Part shown: positions 37,255 through 49,629 of the stretch, one piece after another
Position numbering within the stretch: the first letter of the stretch is position 1
How the letters are laid out: each line of letters opens with the position of its first letter
Assembly (NCBI GenBank): GCA_964016885.1
Contig: OZ024740.1
Location: forward strand, 213,218,001-213,282,000
Length of the DNA: 64,000 nucleotides
Direction: 5' to 3'
From: Eledone cirrhosa
Taxonomy: Eukaryota
Translations under genes and position numbers: made by a program
Notes under the pieces: model-generated
What the model saw: only the letters and a program-made list of their open reading frames with translations
What the model was told of the DNA's origin: nothing
Database searches by the model: none

Positions 37255-37487
37255 TTAACCATATTTCTTCTTTAAACCATTAATATTTACATTAGTCTAT
37301 ATATACTATTGTATTTTCATGATAAAGGCTTTATCTCACATAATATCAAATCTACGGGATTTTGATATTATTTATTTTGGGAACAATACCTTAACATTGG
37401 TATGAGTGGCTGGTTACAGTCAGTTTCAACAGAAAGAGGTGAGAGAATTCTGGTCAGATATGGCCAGTTTAAATGCTAAAGGGTTAA
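37255..37487. mobile_element. piggyBac-type MITE, family 1
   Basis: Similar to 118-368 in reverse orientation, ends TGCTAAAGGG|TTAA. Confidence 0.6.
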
Positions 37488-37578
37488 TCAATGTCAAACA
37501 CTTAAATAAATAAGAAACATTTTCAGAATTCCTTCTTTTCAACTTGGATCGACTGAGATAAATTCAGATTATACTAAC

Positions 37579-37746
37579 CACAGCAGTAAGAGTCATTTGA
37601 AAAGTATAACTTCGTGCTAGACCAAAATCTGCAATTTTTAACAAACCATTTCTGGTCACTAGAATATTCTGTGGTTTCAAATCTCTGTGTACAACTTTAT
37701 GACAATGGAGAAAATCAATACCATTTAGCAGCTGTTTCATCAAGTC
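37579..37746 (-). CDS. CDK6: CDK4/6 kinase exon with catalytic loop and DFG ([56 protein letters not shown])
   Basis: [14 protein letters not shown] and a CDK4/6-type QMxLTxV T-loop. ttgcag| acceptor, |gttagt donor. 168 nt, the same size as the human CDK6 exon. Confidence 0.95.
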
Positions 37747-39057
37747 CTGCAAGGAAATACCAAAACCCCCAAAATTAGATTTACAATTAAAATATCATCA
37801 TCATTACAACCACAATTTTACATCTCTTTTACTATACTTGCATGAGTTAGATGGAATTTTTTCAGCACAGCATCCCTCCATTTTTCACATTCCATCATCA
37901 CCTCCTGTGAGCTTACGTGTGTACTGGGCTAGGATGCATTTTATCAAGGCACCAACACTAGGGAGGTTGTCAAGTCCCCAACGTGACCAATATATCCTCG
38001 TTATATATTATCTTGGTTTGATTATCCACCACTTTATCAAGGGTGACCCACTACAGGCTGAAAGGGACCTCTCCACTATGTAGTCTCCAATCATTCACAT
38101 TTTCATTTAACCTCAGTGTTAGTACTTGTGAGCAGGTATTTTTTCTAGTCATTCAACATGACCCTGTTTCATTTTCTTTCTAAGTTTCAGTTTCTTGTAG
38201 TCATTTCAACATCGTCTCATGCCTCCCTTAGTTTCCCTCTTCCATGTGTTCAGTAAACTTCAAAGATATAAACAACACTCGCTCTACTTGCGTATCAAAT
38301 GACCATACCCACAGTTGTCTTTCTTGCTCATTACATTCAATTGCTCATATACCCAGCTTATATACATACATCCTGTACATTCATACAACTATGACAACCT
38401 TAGATAAGCAAACAAAAGGAAAGAAAAACATATATGAAATATTTTCAGAGTTACATAAATTGTAAAGCTGGTGGGATAGTAAATTGATTTTACCCAAAAT
38501 ATTACTGGTACCTATTTTATCAATGTTAACAGAATGAACATCTAATTTAACTGCTTCTACTGTCTCATTATGATCGTAAATCCAACACCTGATTGCTGGA
38601 CTGGGTTGCATGTTGTGTTCTTGAGCAAAACCCTTCATTTCACATTACTCCAGTATGCTCAGCTGAAAATAAGTATCAACAATAGCTGGTTTTACCCTGT
38701 AATGGACTGGCGTCCTGTCCAGGGAGAAGTCTTGTACTCTGAGTCACTTCACGCCAAGGAAGCCGGGATAAGTACTGGCCTGATGAACCTCCGAGCTCAA
38801 GACAGATTTAGACTTTACTGTCCCAAGCGCTTTTCTTTTATTCCTTAGTCAGAAGAAAGGCAATGCTTGTCTCTTTTTACAGCCCTTAAGAGTGATGGGA
38901 GGAAGTTCTCCTCAGACCAGAGATATAGCTTGAATACTTGCAACAAAGTGGACTCCACTAAACTCTCACAAGGGCTTAGTGGTGGTGTTAAACCAGGTGG
39001 CAGATTAAGCCTACTTCCATCAACTCTTTCAATGTTTAGTTAAATATTGGTAATTAC

Positions 39058-39190
39058 CTGAATTATATCTTGTTCCAAACTTGGAGAAGGATATTGTTCA
39101 AGAAAACTAGACAGATCTTGGTCGATATACTCAAAAAGTAGGGTCAGGCATTTTCTTCCACCCAAATTGGTAATGTTAACATCCAGAAAT
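39058..39190 (-). CDS. CDK6: CDK4/6-family kinase, first coding exon visible in window ((R)FLDVNITNLGGRKCLTLLFEYIDQDLSSFLEQYPSPSLEQDIIQ)
   Basis: Manual translation of the minus strand. Acceptor ttattcag|A, donor CAG|gtaatt, 133 nt. Matches CDK6 LFDV...LTLVFEHVDQDL (human equivalent exon is 136 nt) and splices in frame to the next exon. Confidence 0.9.
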
Positions 39191-39420
39191 CTGAATAATT
39201 AAAAAGAACATTTGAAATCAATCTTAATGTATTATGTAAAAGATAAATTGAATATAGTGAAAGATGTAGTTGTTCAAATTGATAGGACAGGAGCTGCTAT
39301 CATTAACACACCTGAGTAACCTCATATGAGATACAAACCGATAGGAGACCAGTTTCTATCATTAATACACCCAAGGAACCTCCTATAAGGTACAAACTGG
39401 AAGGAGGCCAGTTCCTATCA

Positions 39421-39633
39421 TTAACCCTTTAGCATTTACATTACTCTATATATACTTTTATATTTACACAGTAAAGGCTTTCCTTCACATATCGAATCTA
39501 GGAGATTTTGATATTATTTATTTTGAGAACAATACCTTAACAGCAGTATGAATGGCCAGTTACGGCTGGTTTGAACATATAGAAGTGAGAGAATTCTAGC
39601 TGGATACGGCCAGTTTAAATGCTAATGGGTTAA
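39421..39633. mobile_element. piggyBac-type MITE, family 1
   Basis: TTAA|CCCTTTTAGCATTTA...TAAATGCTAATGGG|TTAA. Confidence 0.7.
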
Positions 39634-40860
39634 AACAGCTGAATAACCTAGTAGGAGACCAGCTGAACTTACATAAGTATGAACTGTAAACTTCATTTCA
39701 TTTCGGTTGGTCAAACTGATACTTGACTTCCAGTAACCCTTCATTTATTGTGGTTGTTATGGCTAACACATGTAAGTTTAGCCAGCCTCCTATAAGGATG
39801 CATTTCATAAGAGGTTTCTTGAGTGTTTCAATGACAGAGGCTTCACTTCTATTTTATCCCCATTTTCCAGTGACACAAAGCTTGAATAAATACAACTCAG
39901 TTTGATAACAAATTCTCTATCATACCAATCTACCATCCTCAATTGGTACTATATTTTTCAACCACCAATTCTCTATCATACCAATTCACAACCCTCAATT
40001 GGTACTATATTTTTCAACCCCCAAAAACCTGTAAAGCAAAGTTAACCTCAGCAGAAATAGAACCACCAGTTCACCAATGTATTGAACAACAATGTTAAAT
40101 AACTAATATGTTCATTCTTTTTCTTGACATCAAGATGGAATTAAAACATCTTCAATTGAGAATTAAAATCACACTGCAGACTTTTTTTTTCCTCAAGAGC
40201 TTTCCACTATTCTACAGTCCATCCTATATTCTTGTACAAATAAGTTTCTTTACATAGACAAATGCTTTATCATTATCATCGGTTAACGTCCACTTTCCCT
40301 GCTAACAAGGGCTGGACAAGTCTACTTAGACCAAGCTAGTACTGAAGTGAAGCTACTGACTTCCCAGACAGGCCAGAGATTTGCATCTTGCTTATGTATG
40401 GTCTTACGTTCTATCAAGTGAACGGGGAAGGTTGTCAATCCTCTCAACCCTTTGTCTAGCAGGCTTTCTACAGCTGTAGGCCCTTGCTATCACCAGCTAC
40501 AGAAAATGAAAATTTATATAAGCTGGAAGATGGAATTTTATAAAGTTCACACAGCGCGAAGTCAGTTTTTAGAATAAGTACACCATATAGCTGCATGATG
40601 TCTTAGAGGCAACTAAAACAGCTGACATCAGAAAGAGCTGTTTCTCATTAAAAATAACTGGGGGACACTCACCATTAAAAATAACTGAGCACTCAGCACT
40701 GAATATAACTGAGACACTCACCATTAAATATAACCGAGATACTCACCATTAAATATAACTGAGAGACTTAGCGTTAAATATAACTGAGGTTTAACAATAA
40801 CAATATTAGTGGGACTTATTTTATCAACTATTTGGGAATAAAAGACAAATTTAACTTTAC

Positions 40861-43800
40861 TAGTAACAGAACAGCTAGCCATTGGTCAATATGACAGGAA
40901 GTATCCAGTAACAGGACAGCTAACCATTGGTCAATATGACTTGAAGTATCTAGTAACAGAACAGCTAGCCACTGGTCAATATGACATGAAGTATCTAATA
41001 ACAGGACAGCTAGCCATTGGTCAATATGACAGGAAGTATCTAATAACAGGACAGCTAGCCATTGGTCAATATGACAGGAAGTATCTAATAACAGGACAGC
41101 TAGCCATTAGTCAATATGACATGAAGTATCCAGTAAGAGGACAGCTAGCCATTGGTCAATATGACAGGAAGTATCCAGTAAGAGGACAGCTAGCCATTGG
41201 TCAATATGACAGGAAGTATCCAGGAAGAGGGCAGCTAGCCATTGGTCAATATGACATGAAGTATCTAATAAGAGGAGAGCTAGCCATTGGTCAATATGAG
41301 ATGAAGTATCCAGTAACAGGACAGCTAGCCATTGGTCAATGACAGGAAGTATCTAATAACAGAATAGCTAGCCATTGGTCAATGACAGGAAGTATCTAAT
41401 AACAGAATAGCTAGCCACTGGTCAATATGACAGGAAGTATCCAGTAACAGGACAGCTAGCCATTGGTCAATATGACATGAAGTATCTAATAACAAGACAG
41501 CTAGCCATTGGTCAATATGACATGAAGTATCTAATAAGAGGAGAGCTAGCCACTGGTCAATATGACATGAAGTATCCAGGAAGAGGACAGCTAGCCATTA
41601 GTCAATATGACATGAAGTATCTAATAACAGGACAGCTAGCCATTAGTCAATATGACATGAAGTATCCAGGAAGAGGACAGCTAGCCATTGGTCAATATGA
41701 CAGGAAGTATCCAGGAAGAGGACAGCTAGCCATTGGTCAATATGACAGGAAGTATCTAATAACAGGACAGCTAGCCATTGGCCAATATGACAGGAAGTAT
41801 CTAATAACAGGACAGCTAGCCATTGGTCAATATGACAGGAAGTATCTAATAACAGGACAGCTAGCCATTGGTCAATATGACAGGAAGTATCTAATAACAG
41901 GACAGCTAGCCATTGGTCAATATGACAGGAAGTATCTAATAACAGGACAGCTAGCCATTAGTCAATATGACATGAAGTATCTAATAACAAGACAGCTAGC
42001 CATTGGTCAATATGACATGAAGTATCTAATAAGAGGAGAGCTAGCCATTGGTCAATATGACATGAAGTATCCAGGAAGAGGACAGCTAGCCATTGGTCAA
42101 TATGACAGGAAGTATCTAATAACAGGACAGCTAGCCATTGGTCAATATGACATGAAGTATCTAATAACAAGACAGCTAGCCACTGGTCAATATGACATGA
42201 AGTATCCAGGAAGAGGACAGCTAGCCATTGGTCAATATGACATGAAGTATCTAATAAGAGGAGAGCTAGCCATTGGTCAATATGACATGAAGTATCTAAT
42301 AAGAGGACAGCTAGCCATTGGTCAATATGACATGAAGTATCTAATAAGAGGACAGCTAGCCATTGGTCAATATGACAGGAAGTATCCAGGAAGAGGACAG
42401 CTAGCCATTGGTCAATATGACAGGAAGTATCTAATAACAGGACAGCTAGCCATTGGTCAATATGACATGAAGTATCTAATAACAGGACAGCTAGCCACTG
42501 GTCAATATGACATGAAGTATCCAGGAAGAGGACAGCTAGCCATTGGTCAATATGACAGGAAGTATCTAATAACAGGACAGCTAGCCATTGGTCAATATGA
42601 CAGGAAGTATCCAGGAAGAGGACAGCTAGCCATTGGTCAATATGACATGAAGTATCTAATAACAGGACAGCTAGCCATTGGTCAATATGACATGAAGTAT
42701 CCAGGAAGAGGACAGCTAGCCATTGGTCAATATGACATGAAGTATCTAATAACAAGACAGCTAGCCATTGGTCAATATGACATGAAGTATCCAGGAAGAG
42801 GACAGCTAGCCATTGGTCAATATGACAGGAAGTATCTAATAACAGGACAGCTAGCCATTGGTCAATATGACAGGAAGTATCTAATAACAGGACAGCTAGC
42901 AATTGGTCAATATGACAGGAAGTATCTAATAACAGGACAGCTAGCCATTGGTCAATATGACAGGAAGTATCTAATAACAGGACAGCTAGCCATTGGTCAA
43001 TATGACAGGAAGTATCTAATAACAGGACAGCTAGCCATTGGTCAATATGACAGGAAGTATCTAATAACAGGACAGCTAGCCATTAGTCAATATGACATGA
43101 AGTATCTAATAAGAGGACAGCTAGCCATTGGTCAATATGACAGGAAGTATCTAATAACAGGACAGCTAGCCATTAGTCAATATGACAGGAAGTATCTAAT
43201 AACAGGACAGCTAGCCATTGGTCAATATGACAGGAAGTATCTAATAACAGGACAGCTAGCCATTGGTCAATATGACAGGAAGTATCTAATAACAGGACAG
43301 CTAGCCATTGGTCAATATGACAGGAAGTATCTAATAACAGGACAGCTAGCCATTGGTCAATATGACAGGAAGTATCTAATAACAGGACAGCTAGCCATTG
43401 GTCAATATGACAGGAAGTATCTAATAACAGGACAGCTAGCCATTGGTCAATATGACAGGAAGTATCTAATAACAGGACAGCTAGCCATTGGTCAATATGA
43501 CTGGAAGTATCTAATAACAGGACAGCTAGCCATTGGTCAATATGACAGGAAGTATCTAATAACAGGACAGCTAGCCATTGGTCAATATGACAGGAAGTAT
43601 CTAATAACAGGACAGCTAGCCATTGGTCAATATGACAGGAAGTATCTAATAACAGGACAGCTAGCCATTGGTCAATATGACAGGAAGTATCTAATAAGAG
43701 GACAGCTAGCCATTGGTCAATATGACAGGAAGTATCTAATAACAGGACAGCTAGCCATTAGTCAATATGACAGGAAGTATCTAATAACAGGACAGCTAGC

Positions 43801-46280
43801 CATTGGTCAATATAACAGGAAGTATCTAATAACAGGACAGCTAGCCATTGGTCAATATGACAGGAAGTATCTAATAACAGGACAGCTAGCCATTGGTCAA
43901 TATGACAGGAAGTATCTAATAACAGGACAGCTAGCCATTGGTCAATATGACAGGAAGTATCTAATAAGAGGACAGCTAGCCATTGGTCAATATGACATGA
44001 AGTATCTAATAACAGGACAGCTAGCCATTGGTCAATATGACAGGAAGTATCTAATAACAGGACAGCTAGCCATTGGTCAATATGACAGGAAGTATCTAAT
44101 AACAGGACAGCTAGCCATTGGTCAATATGACAGGAAGTATCTAATAACAGGACAGCTAGCCATTGGTCAATATGACAGGAAGTATCTAATAACAGGACAG
44201 CTAGCCATTGGTCAATATGACAGGAAGTATCTAATAACAGGACAGCTAGCCATTGGTCAATATGACAGGAAGTATCTAATAACAGGACAGCTAGCCATTG
44301 GTCAATATGACAGGAAGTATCTAATAACAGGACAGCTAGCCATTGGTCAATATGACAGGAAGTATCTAATAACAGGACAGCTAGCCATTAGTCAATATGA
44401 CATGAAGTATCCAGGAAGAGGGCAGCTAGCCATTGGTCAATATGACATGAAGTATCCAGGAAGAGGGCAGCTAGCCATTGGTCAATATGACATGAAGTAT
44501 CTAATAACAAGACAGCTAGCCATTGGTCAATATGACATGAAGTATCCAGGAAGAGGACAGCTAGCCATTGGTCAATATGACAGGAAGTATCTAATAACAG
44601 GACAGCTAGCCATTGGTCAATATGACATGAAGTATCTAATAACAGGACAGCTAGCCACTGGTCAATATGACATGAAGTATCCAGTAAGAGGACAGCTAGC
44701 CATTGGTCAATATGACATGAAGTATCTAATAACAGGACAGCTAGCCATTGGTCAATATGACAGGAAGTATCTAATAACAGGACAGCTAGCCATTGGTCAA
44801 TATGACATGAAGTATCTAATAACAGGACAGCTAGCCATTGGTCAATATGACAGGAAGTATCTAATAACAGGACAGCTAGCCATTGGTCAATATGACATGA
44901 AGTATCCAGGAAGAGGACAGCTAGCCATTGGTCAATATGACATGAAGTATCTAATAACAGGACAGCTAGCCATTGGTCAATATGACAGGAAGTATCTAAT
45001 AACAGGACAGCTAGCCATTGGTCAATATGACAGGAAGTATCTAATAACAGGACAGCTAGCCATTGGTCAATATGACAGGAAGTATCCAGTAACAGGACAG
45101 CTAGCCATTGGTCAATATGACATGAAGTATCTAATAACAGGACAGCTAGCCATTGGTCAATATGACAGGAAGTATCTAATAACAGGACAGCTAGCCATTG
45201 GTCAATATGACATGAAGTATCTAATAACAGGACAGCTAGCCATTGGTCAATATGACAGGAAGTATCTAATAACAGGACAGCTAGCCATTGGTCAATATGA
45301 CATGAAGTATCTAATAACAGGACAGCTAGCCATTGGTCAATATGACATGAAGTATCTAATAACAGGACAGCTAGCCATTGGTCAATATGACAGGAAGTAT
45401 CTAATAACAGGACAGCTAGCCATTGGTCAATATGACAGGAAGTATCTAATAACAGGACAGCTAGCCATTAGTCAATATGACATGAAGTATCTAATAACAG
45501 GACAGCTAGCCATTGGTCAATATGACAGGAAGTATCTAATAACAGGACAGCTAGCCATTGGTCAATATGACATGAAGTATCTAATAACAGGACAGCTAGC
45601 CATTAGTCAATATGACATGAAGTATCTAATAACAGGACAGCTAGCCATTGGTCAATATGACAGGAAGTATCTAATAACAGGACAGCTAGCCATTGGTCAA
45701 TATGACATGAAGTATCTAATAACAGGACAGCTAGCCATTAGTCAATATGACATGAAGTATCTAATAACAGGACAGCTAGCCATTAGTCAATATGACATGA
45801 AGTATCTAATAACAGGACAGCTAGCCATTGGTCAATATGACAGGAAGTATCTAATAACAGGACAGCTAGCCATTGGTCAATATGACAGGAAGTATCTAAT
45901 AACAGGACAGCTAGCCATTGGTCAATATGACAGGAAGTATCCAGTAACAGGACAGCTAGCCATTGGTCAATATGACATGAAGTATCTAATAACAGGACAG
46001 CTAGCCATTGGTCAATATGACATGAAGTATCTAATAACAGGACAGCTAGCCATTGATCAATATGACATGAAGTATCTAATAACAGGACAGCTAGCCATTA
46101 GTCAATATGACATGAAGTATCTAATAACAGGACAGCTAGCCATTGGTCAATATGACATGAAGTATCTAATAACAGGACAGCTAGCCATTAGTCAATATGA
46201 CATGAAGTATCCAGGAAGAGGACAGCTAGCCATTGGTCAATATGACAGGAAGTATCTAATAACAGGACAGCTAGCCATTG
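40861..46280. repeat. 45-bp minisatellite, ~120 copies
   Basis: Unit a(t/g)gaagtatctaataacaggacagctagccattggtcaatatgac. It produces the 1602-aa repeat ORF. Confidence 0.97.
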
Positions 46281-46550
46281 GATAACATCCATGAGCTTGG
46301 CTGGTCTTGCTTGGGGATTCAGCCGAATCAGTAGGAGACAGTTGCTTCCAACGGGAACTGCTGGAAGGAGTGTTTTAGGACTCCTGCCCCCCAACCTACA
46401 CACATACACTCAATACTTTCAGGAATAAGTGGGCAAAGAAGATACTAGATATTGTAGTCTTAGATATACTTTTGCATAGAAAAAATAGAACAGTCAAAGT
46501 TGAAAACATTTTTTACATAATAGGTCTGCTCAATCTTGGCTGACATACGG

Positions 46551-47265
46551 TTAACCCTTTACCATTTACATTATTCTATATTTACTATTATATTTTCACA
46601 GCAATATCGAATCTACAAGATTTTGATATTTATTTTGTGAACAATACCTTAACGTCAGTATGAGCAGCCAGTTACAGCTGGTTTGAACAGAAAGGTGAGA
46701 GAATTCTGGCCTGATACAGCCAGTTTGAAGAGAAAGAGGTAAGAGAATTCTGGTTGGATAAGGCTGGTTTGATCAGAAAGGTGAGAGAATTCTGGCCAGA
46801 TACAGCTGGTTTGAACAGAAAGGTGAGAGAATTCTGGCTGGATATGGCCAGTTTGAACAGAAAGGTGAGAGAATTCTGGCTGGATATGGCCGGTTTAAAC
46901 AGAAAGAGGTGAGAGAATTCTGGCCAGATACAGCTGGTTTGAAGAGAAAGAGGTGAGAGAATTCTGGCTGCATATGGCTGGTTTGATCAGAAAGAGATGA
47001 GAGAATTCTGGCCTGATACAGCTGGTTTGAAGAGAAAGAGGTGAGAGAATTCTGGCTGCATATGGCTGGTTTGATCAGAAAGAGATGTGAGAATTCTGGT
47101 CTGATACAGCTGGTTTGAAGAGAAAGAGGTGAGAGAATTCTGGCTGCATATGGCTGGTTTGATCAGAAAGAGATGAGAGAATTCTGGCCTGATACAGCTG
47201 GTTTGAAGAGAAAGAGATGAGAGCATTCTGGCTGGATATGGCCAGTTTAAATGCTAAAGGGTTAA
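46551..47265. mobile_element. piggyBac-type MITE, family 1, with internally amplified ~40-bp repeat
   Basis: TTAA|CCCTTT...AAAGGG|TTAA, with about 14 copies of gagagaattctgg...ggtttga..agaaa. Confidence 0.75.
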
Positions 47266-48311
47266 AGAAGAAGAACAACTCCTGATCCACATCCGGTTGT
47301 CTGATAGGTTAGCTGCCATGCTGTCATCTCATCTTTTAACAAAAAGACAAGGGAACATAATTTCTTGAAGAATCTAACAGAATAAGAGAAACTGGAACAA
47401 CTAAAGATGACATTACACTAGTGGGGTGGGGGGAGCAACGACAGACAAAGACTGGAGATGGGTGGGGTGGGGGGAGCAACGACAGACAAAGACTGGAGAG
47501 GGGTGGGGAGGGGTGAGAGAGGGAAGAGAGAGTGAGAGAGGGAAGAGAGAGTGAGAGGGGGTAGGGTGAGAGAGGCACATAGAGAGATAAAGACTGAAAA
47601 CAGAGTAAGGAAGAAAAGGAGAGAGGCAGAGAGAAAGAAAGTGAGAGAGATAGAGAGGGAGAGAGAGAGAGAGAGGAAGGGAGACACAAAATAACAGACA
47701 CGCCACAGATGCAGACAGATCTGATGGCAAAGTATGTGTGGGTGGGAGGAGAGGGACAAATATATATAGAGAGAGAGTGAGGGAGAGAGAGAAGTAGTGG
47801 AGAGAAGAAACAAAAGGAAACAGTGACAATGATTTTGAGAGGATGGAGGGGCAGGGGCAAGACAAGCTGAGAAACAAATAGGATGGTATGGAAGAGAGAG
47901 AGGAGAGAGAGACAGATAGATAGATATATAGAGAGAGACAGACAGAGAGATAGAGAGAGACAGACAGATATATACATATAGAGAGAGAGGGAGAAAGAGA
48001 GAAGCTGTAAAACAGTAAAGATATGTAAAAGTACAGACAGAAAAAAAAAGAAGTAGAAAAAACTTGGAATTTAAAAAACTAAAAAAAAAAGAAAAAGATG
48101 TCACTTATTGTATATATGCCATAACCATTATATATTTTGTATTTTTTAGTCACCAATTTAAGATGTATGTCAGTTAAAGATTCTCTTCGAAACTGAGCCA
48201 TATTAACTCACGACCAGATCCCTCAGTTTTTAGCTATATTGGGGGCCCTTCTGGAATTTTAATCTTTCACCTTACTTCAACTGATAACCAGTGCTGCCTG
48301 CTGTGGTATAT

Positions 48312-48517
48312 TTAACCCTTTAGCATTTAAACCAGTCATATCCAGCCTGAATTCTCTCACCTCTTTCTGTTCAAACAGGCAGCTCATACTGATAAGGTAT
48401 TGTTCTCAAAATAAATAACATCAAAATCTCATAGATTCAATATTATGAGATAATTATGTAAGATAAAGCCTTTTCCACAAAAGTACAATAGTATATATAG
48501 AGTAATGTATGGGTTAA
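48312..48517. mobile_element. piggyBac-type MITE, family 1
   Basis: Closely similar to 118-368, TTAA flanks. Confidence 0.7.
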
Positions 48518-48665
48518 TGTGTGTAGAGTACGGTAAAGGGTTAATGTATGGTGAAACTATAGGGACAAGTCCAGAAATTGGGGGGGGGGGGGGGTCGATT
48601 AAATCGACCCCTGTTCATTACTGGTGCATTATTATTTTTATCAATCCCATAAGGATAAAGACAAA

Positions 48666-49230
48666 GCTCTTATGTTGGCATATAACAGAACTGCAAGAAT
48701 GAAGGGCTCATTCTACTGACATGGCTTTAAAAATGAGGCTTGTTTGCATAATTGCAAACGAATCGAATATTATTATTAATATTCGAAAAACTTAGATTAC
48801 ATTTATTGTATTCAGCCATGTAGAGCAAAATTTTTTTTTTTTATTTGAATGTGGCAAAGCCAGCCATTCATCGTTTGTATACAGGAAACTAACTGGTCAG
48901 TCTGCTGATATGCAAATCTGGCTGATCAGTGGAACTGCTAATATGCAGATCTGACTGATCAGCCAGTCTGCTAATAGGCAAATCAGGTCGATCAGTCACT
49001 GTATATTTTCGAAAATAGCATATATTTTCACTAGCTCTGACAGTTGGCAGGTGAACAGTGAGCTGTACTGATGAAGGGTGATACCCAGAAACATTAGTGT
49101 CTGCAGTTCTGTTTACATGCCAACATAAGAGCAAGAATGAGGGGCCCATAATTGCAAACGAATCAAGTGTTATTATTAATATTCGAAAAAACTCAGATTA
49201 CATTTATTGTATTCAGCCATGTAGAGCGGA
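48666..49230 (+). mobile_element. Short terminally redundant non-autonomous retrozyme/Penelope-like unit carrying a hammerhead
   Basis: Direct repeat 48748-48827 / 49148-49227, 30-nt inverted copy 48666-48695 of 49102-49132, hammerhead at 49043-49124. Confidence 0.5.
49043..49124 (+). ncRNA. Type I hammerhead ribozyme motif with long stem I
   Basis: gttggcaggtgaacagtgagctgta-CTGATGA-a-gggt-gat-accc-a-GAAA-ca-ttag-tg-TC-tgcagttctgtttacatgccaac. GUC at 49099-49101. Confidence 0.72.
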
Positions 49231-49629
49231 AAAAAATTCTTTTTAAATATATATATATATATATATACTTACAACCTAACAGCTCCTTCTAGCACTGATG
49301 GTGATTATCGCTAAATATTGATGTTGATTTACTTATATTAATATTATTGGGCACCCACTGAAGATTTGTAAGAGCCCACTTGCATAAGAATCCACTGATC
49401 TTACACAAGTTTCTACAAAACTTGGTATAATTTCACCCACCATGTAGAAATCTTACAATGAAACGATTCATTTGGGAAATGAGATCTTTAATATATCTCA
49501 TATATTATACAGTTAGCACTCCAAACGTTTAATTGGGAATATACTCCGGTATTTCCTAATGTTTGTTGAGTGAGTTGGAAATTGGTCGGAGTATCGCTAT
49601 TAGCTTTCTCCGTTTATGTAATTGTATAT

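Noticed and set aside
41477-46285. 1602-aa repeat protein gene
   Set aside because: The frame is open only because the 45-bp unit lacks a stop. Variants are almost all non-synonymous, there are no unique termini or splice signals, and it is antisense within the CDK intron.
47336-48104. Leu/Ser-rich ORFs of 154-228 aa
   Set aside because: Translations of GA-rich low-complexity sequence.
49255-49330. Missing N-terminal CDK exon (donor-like GTAAGT after GTTAGGTT)
   Set aside because: Upstream translation shows no HPNIV, PxSTxRE or GxGxYG. That exon was not found anywhere in 39191-64000.
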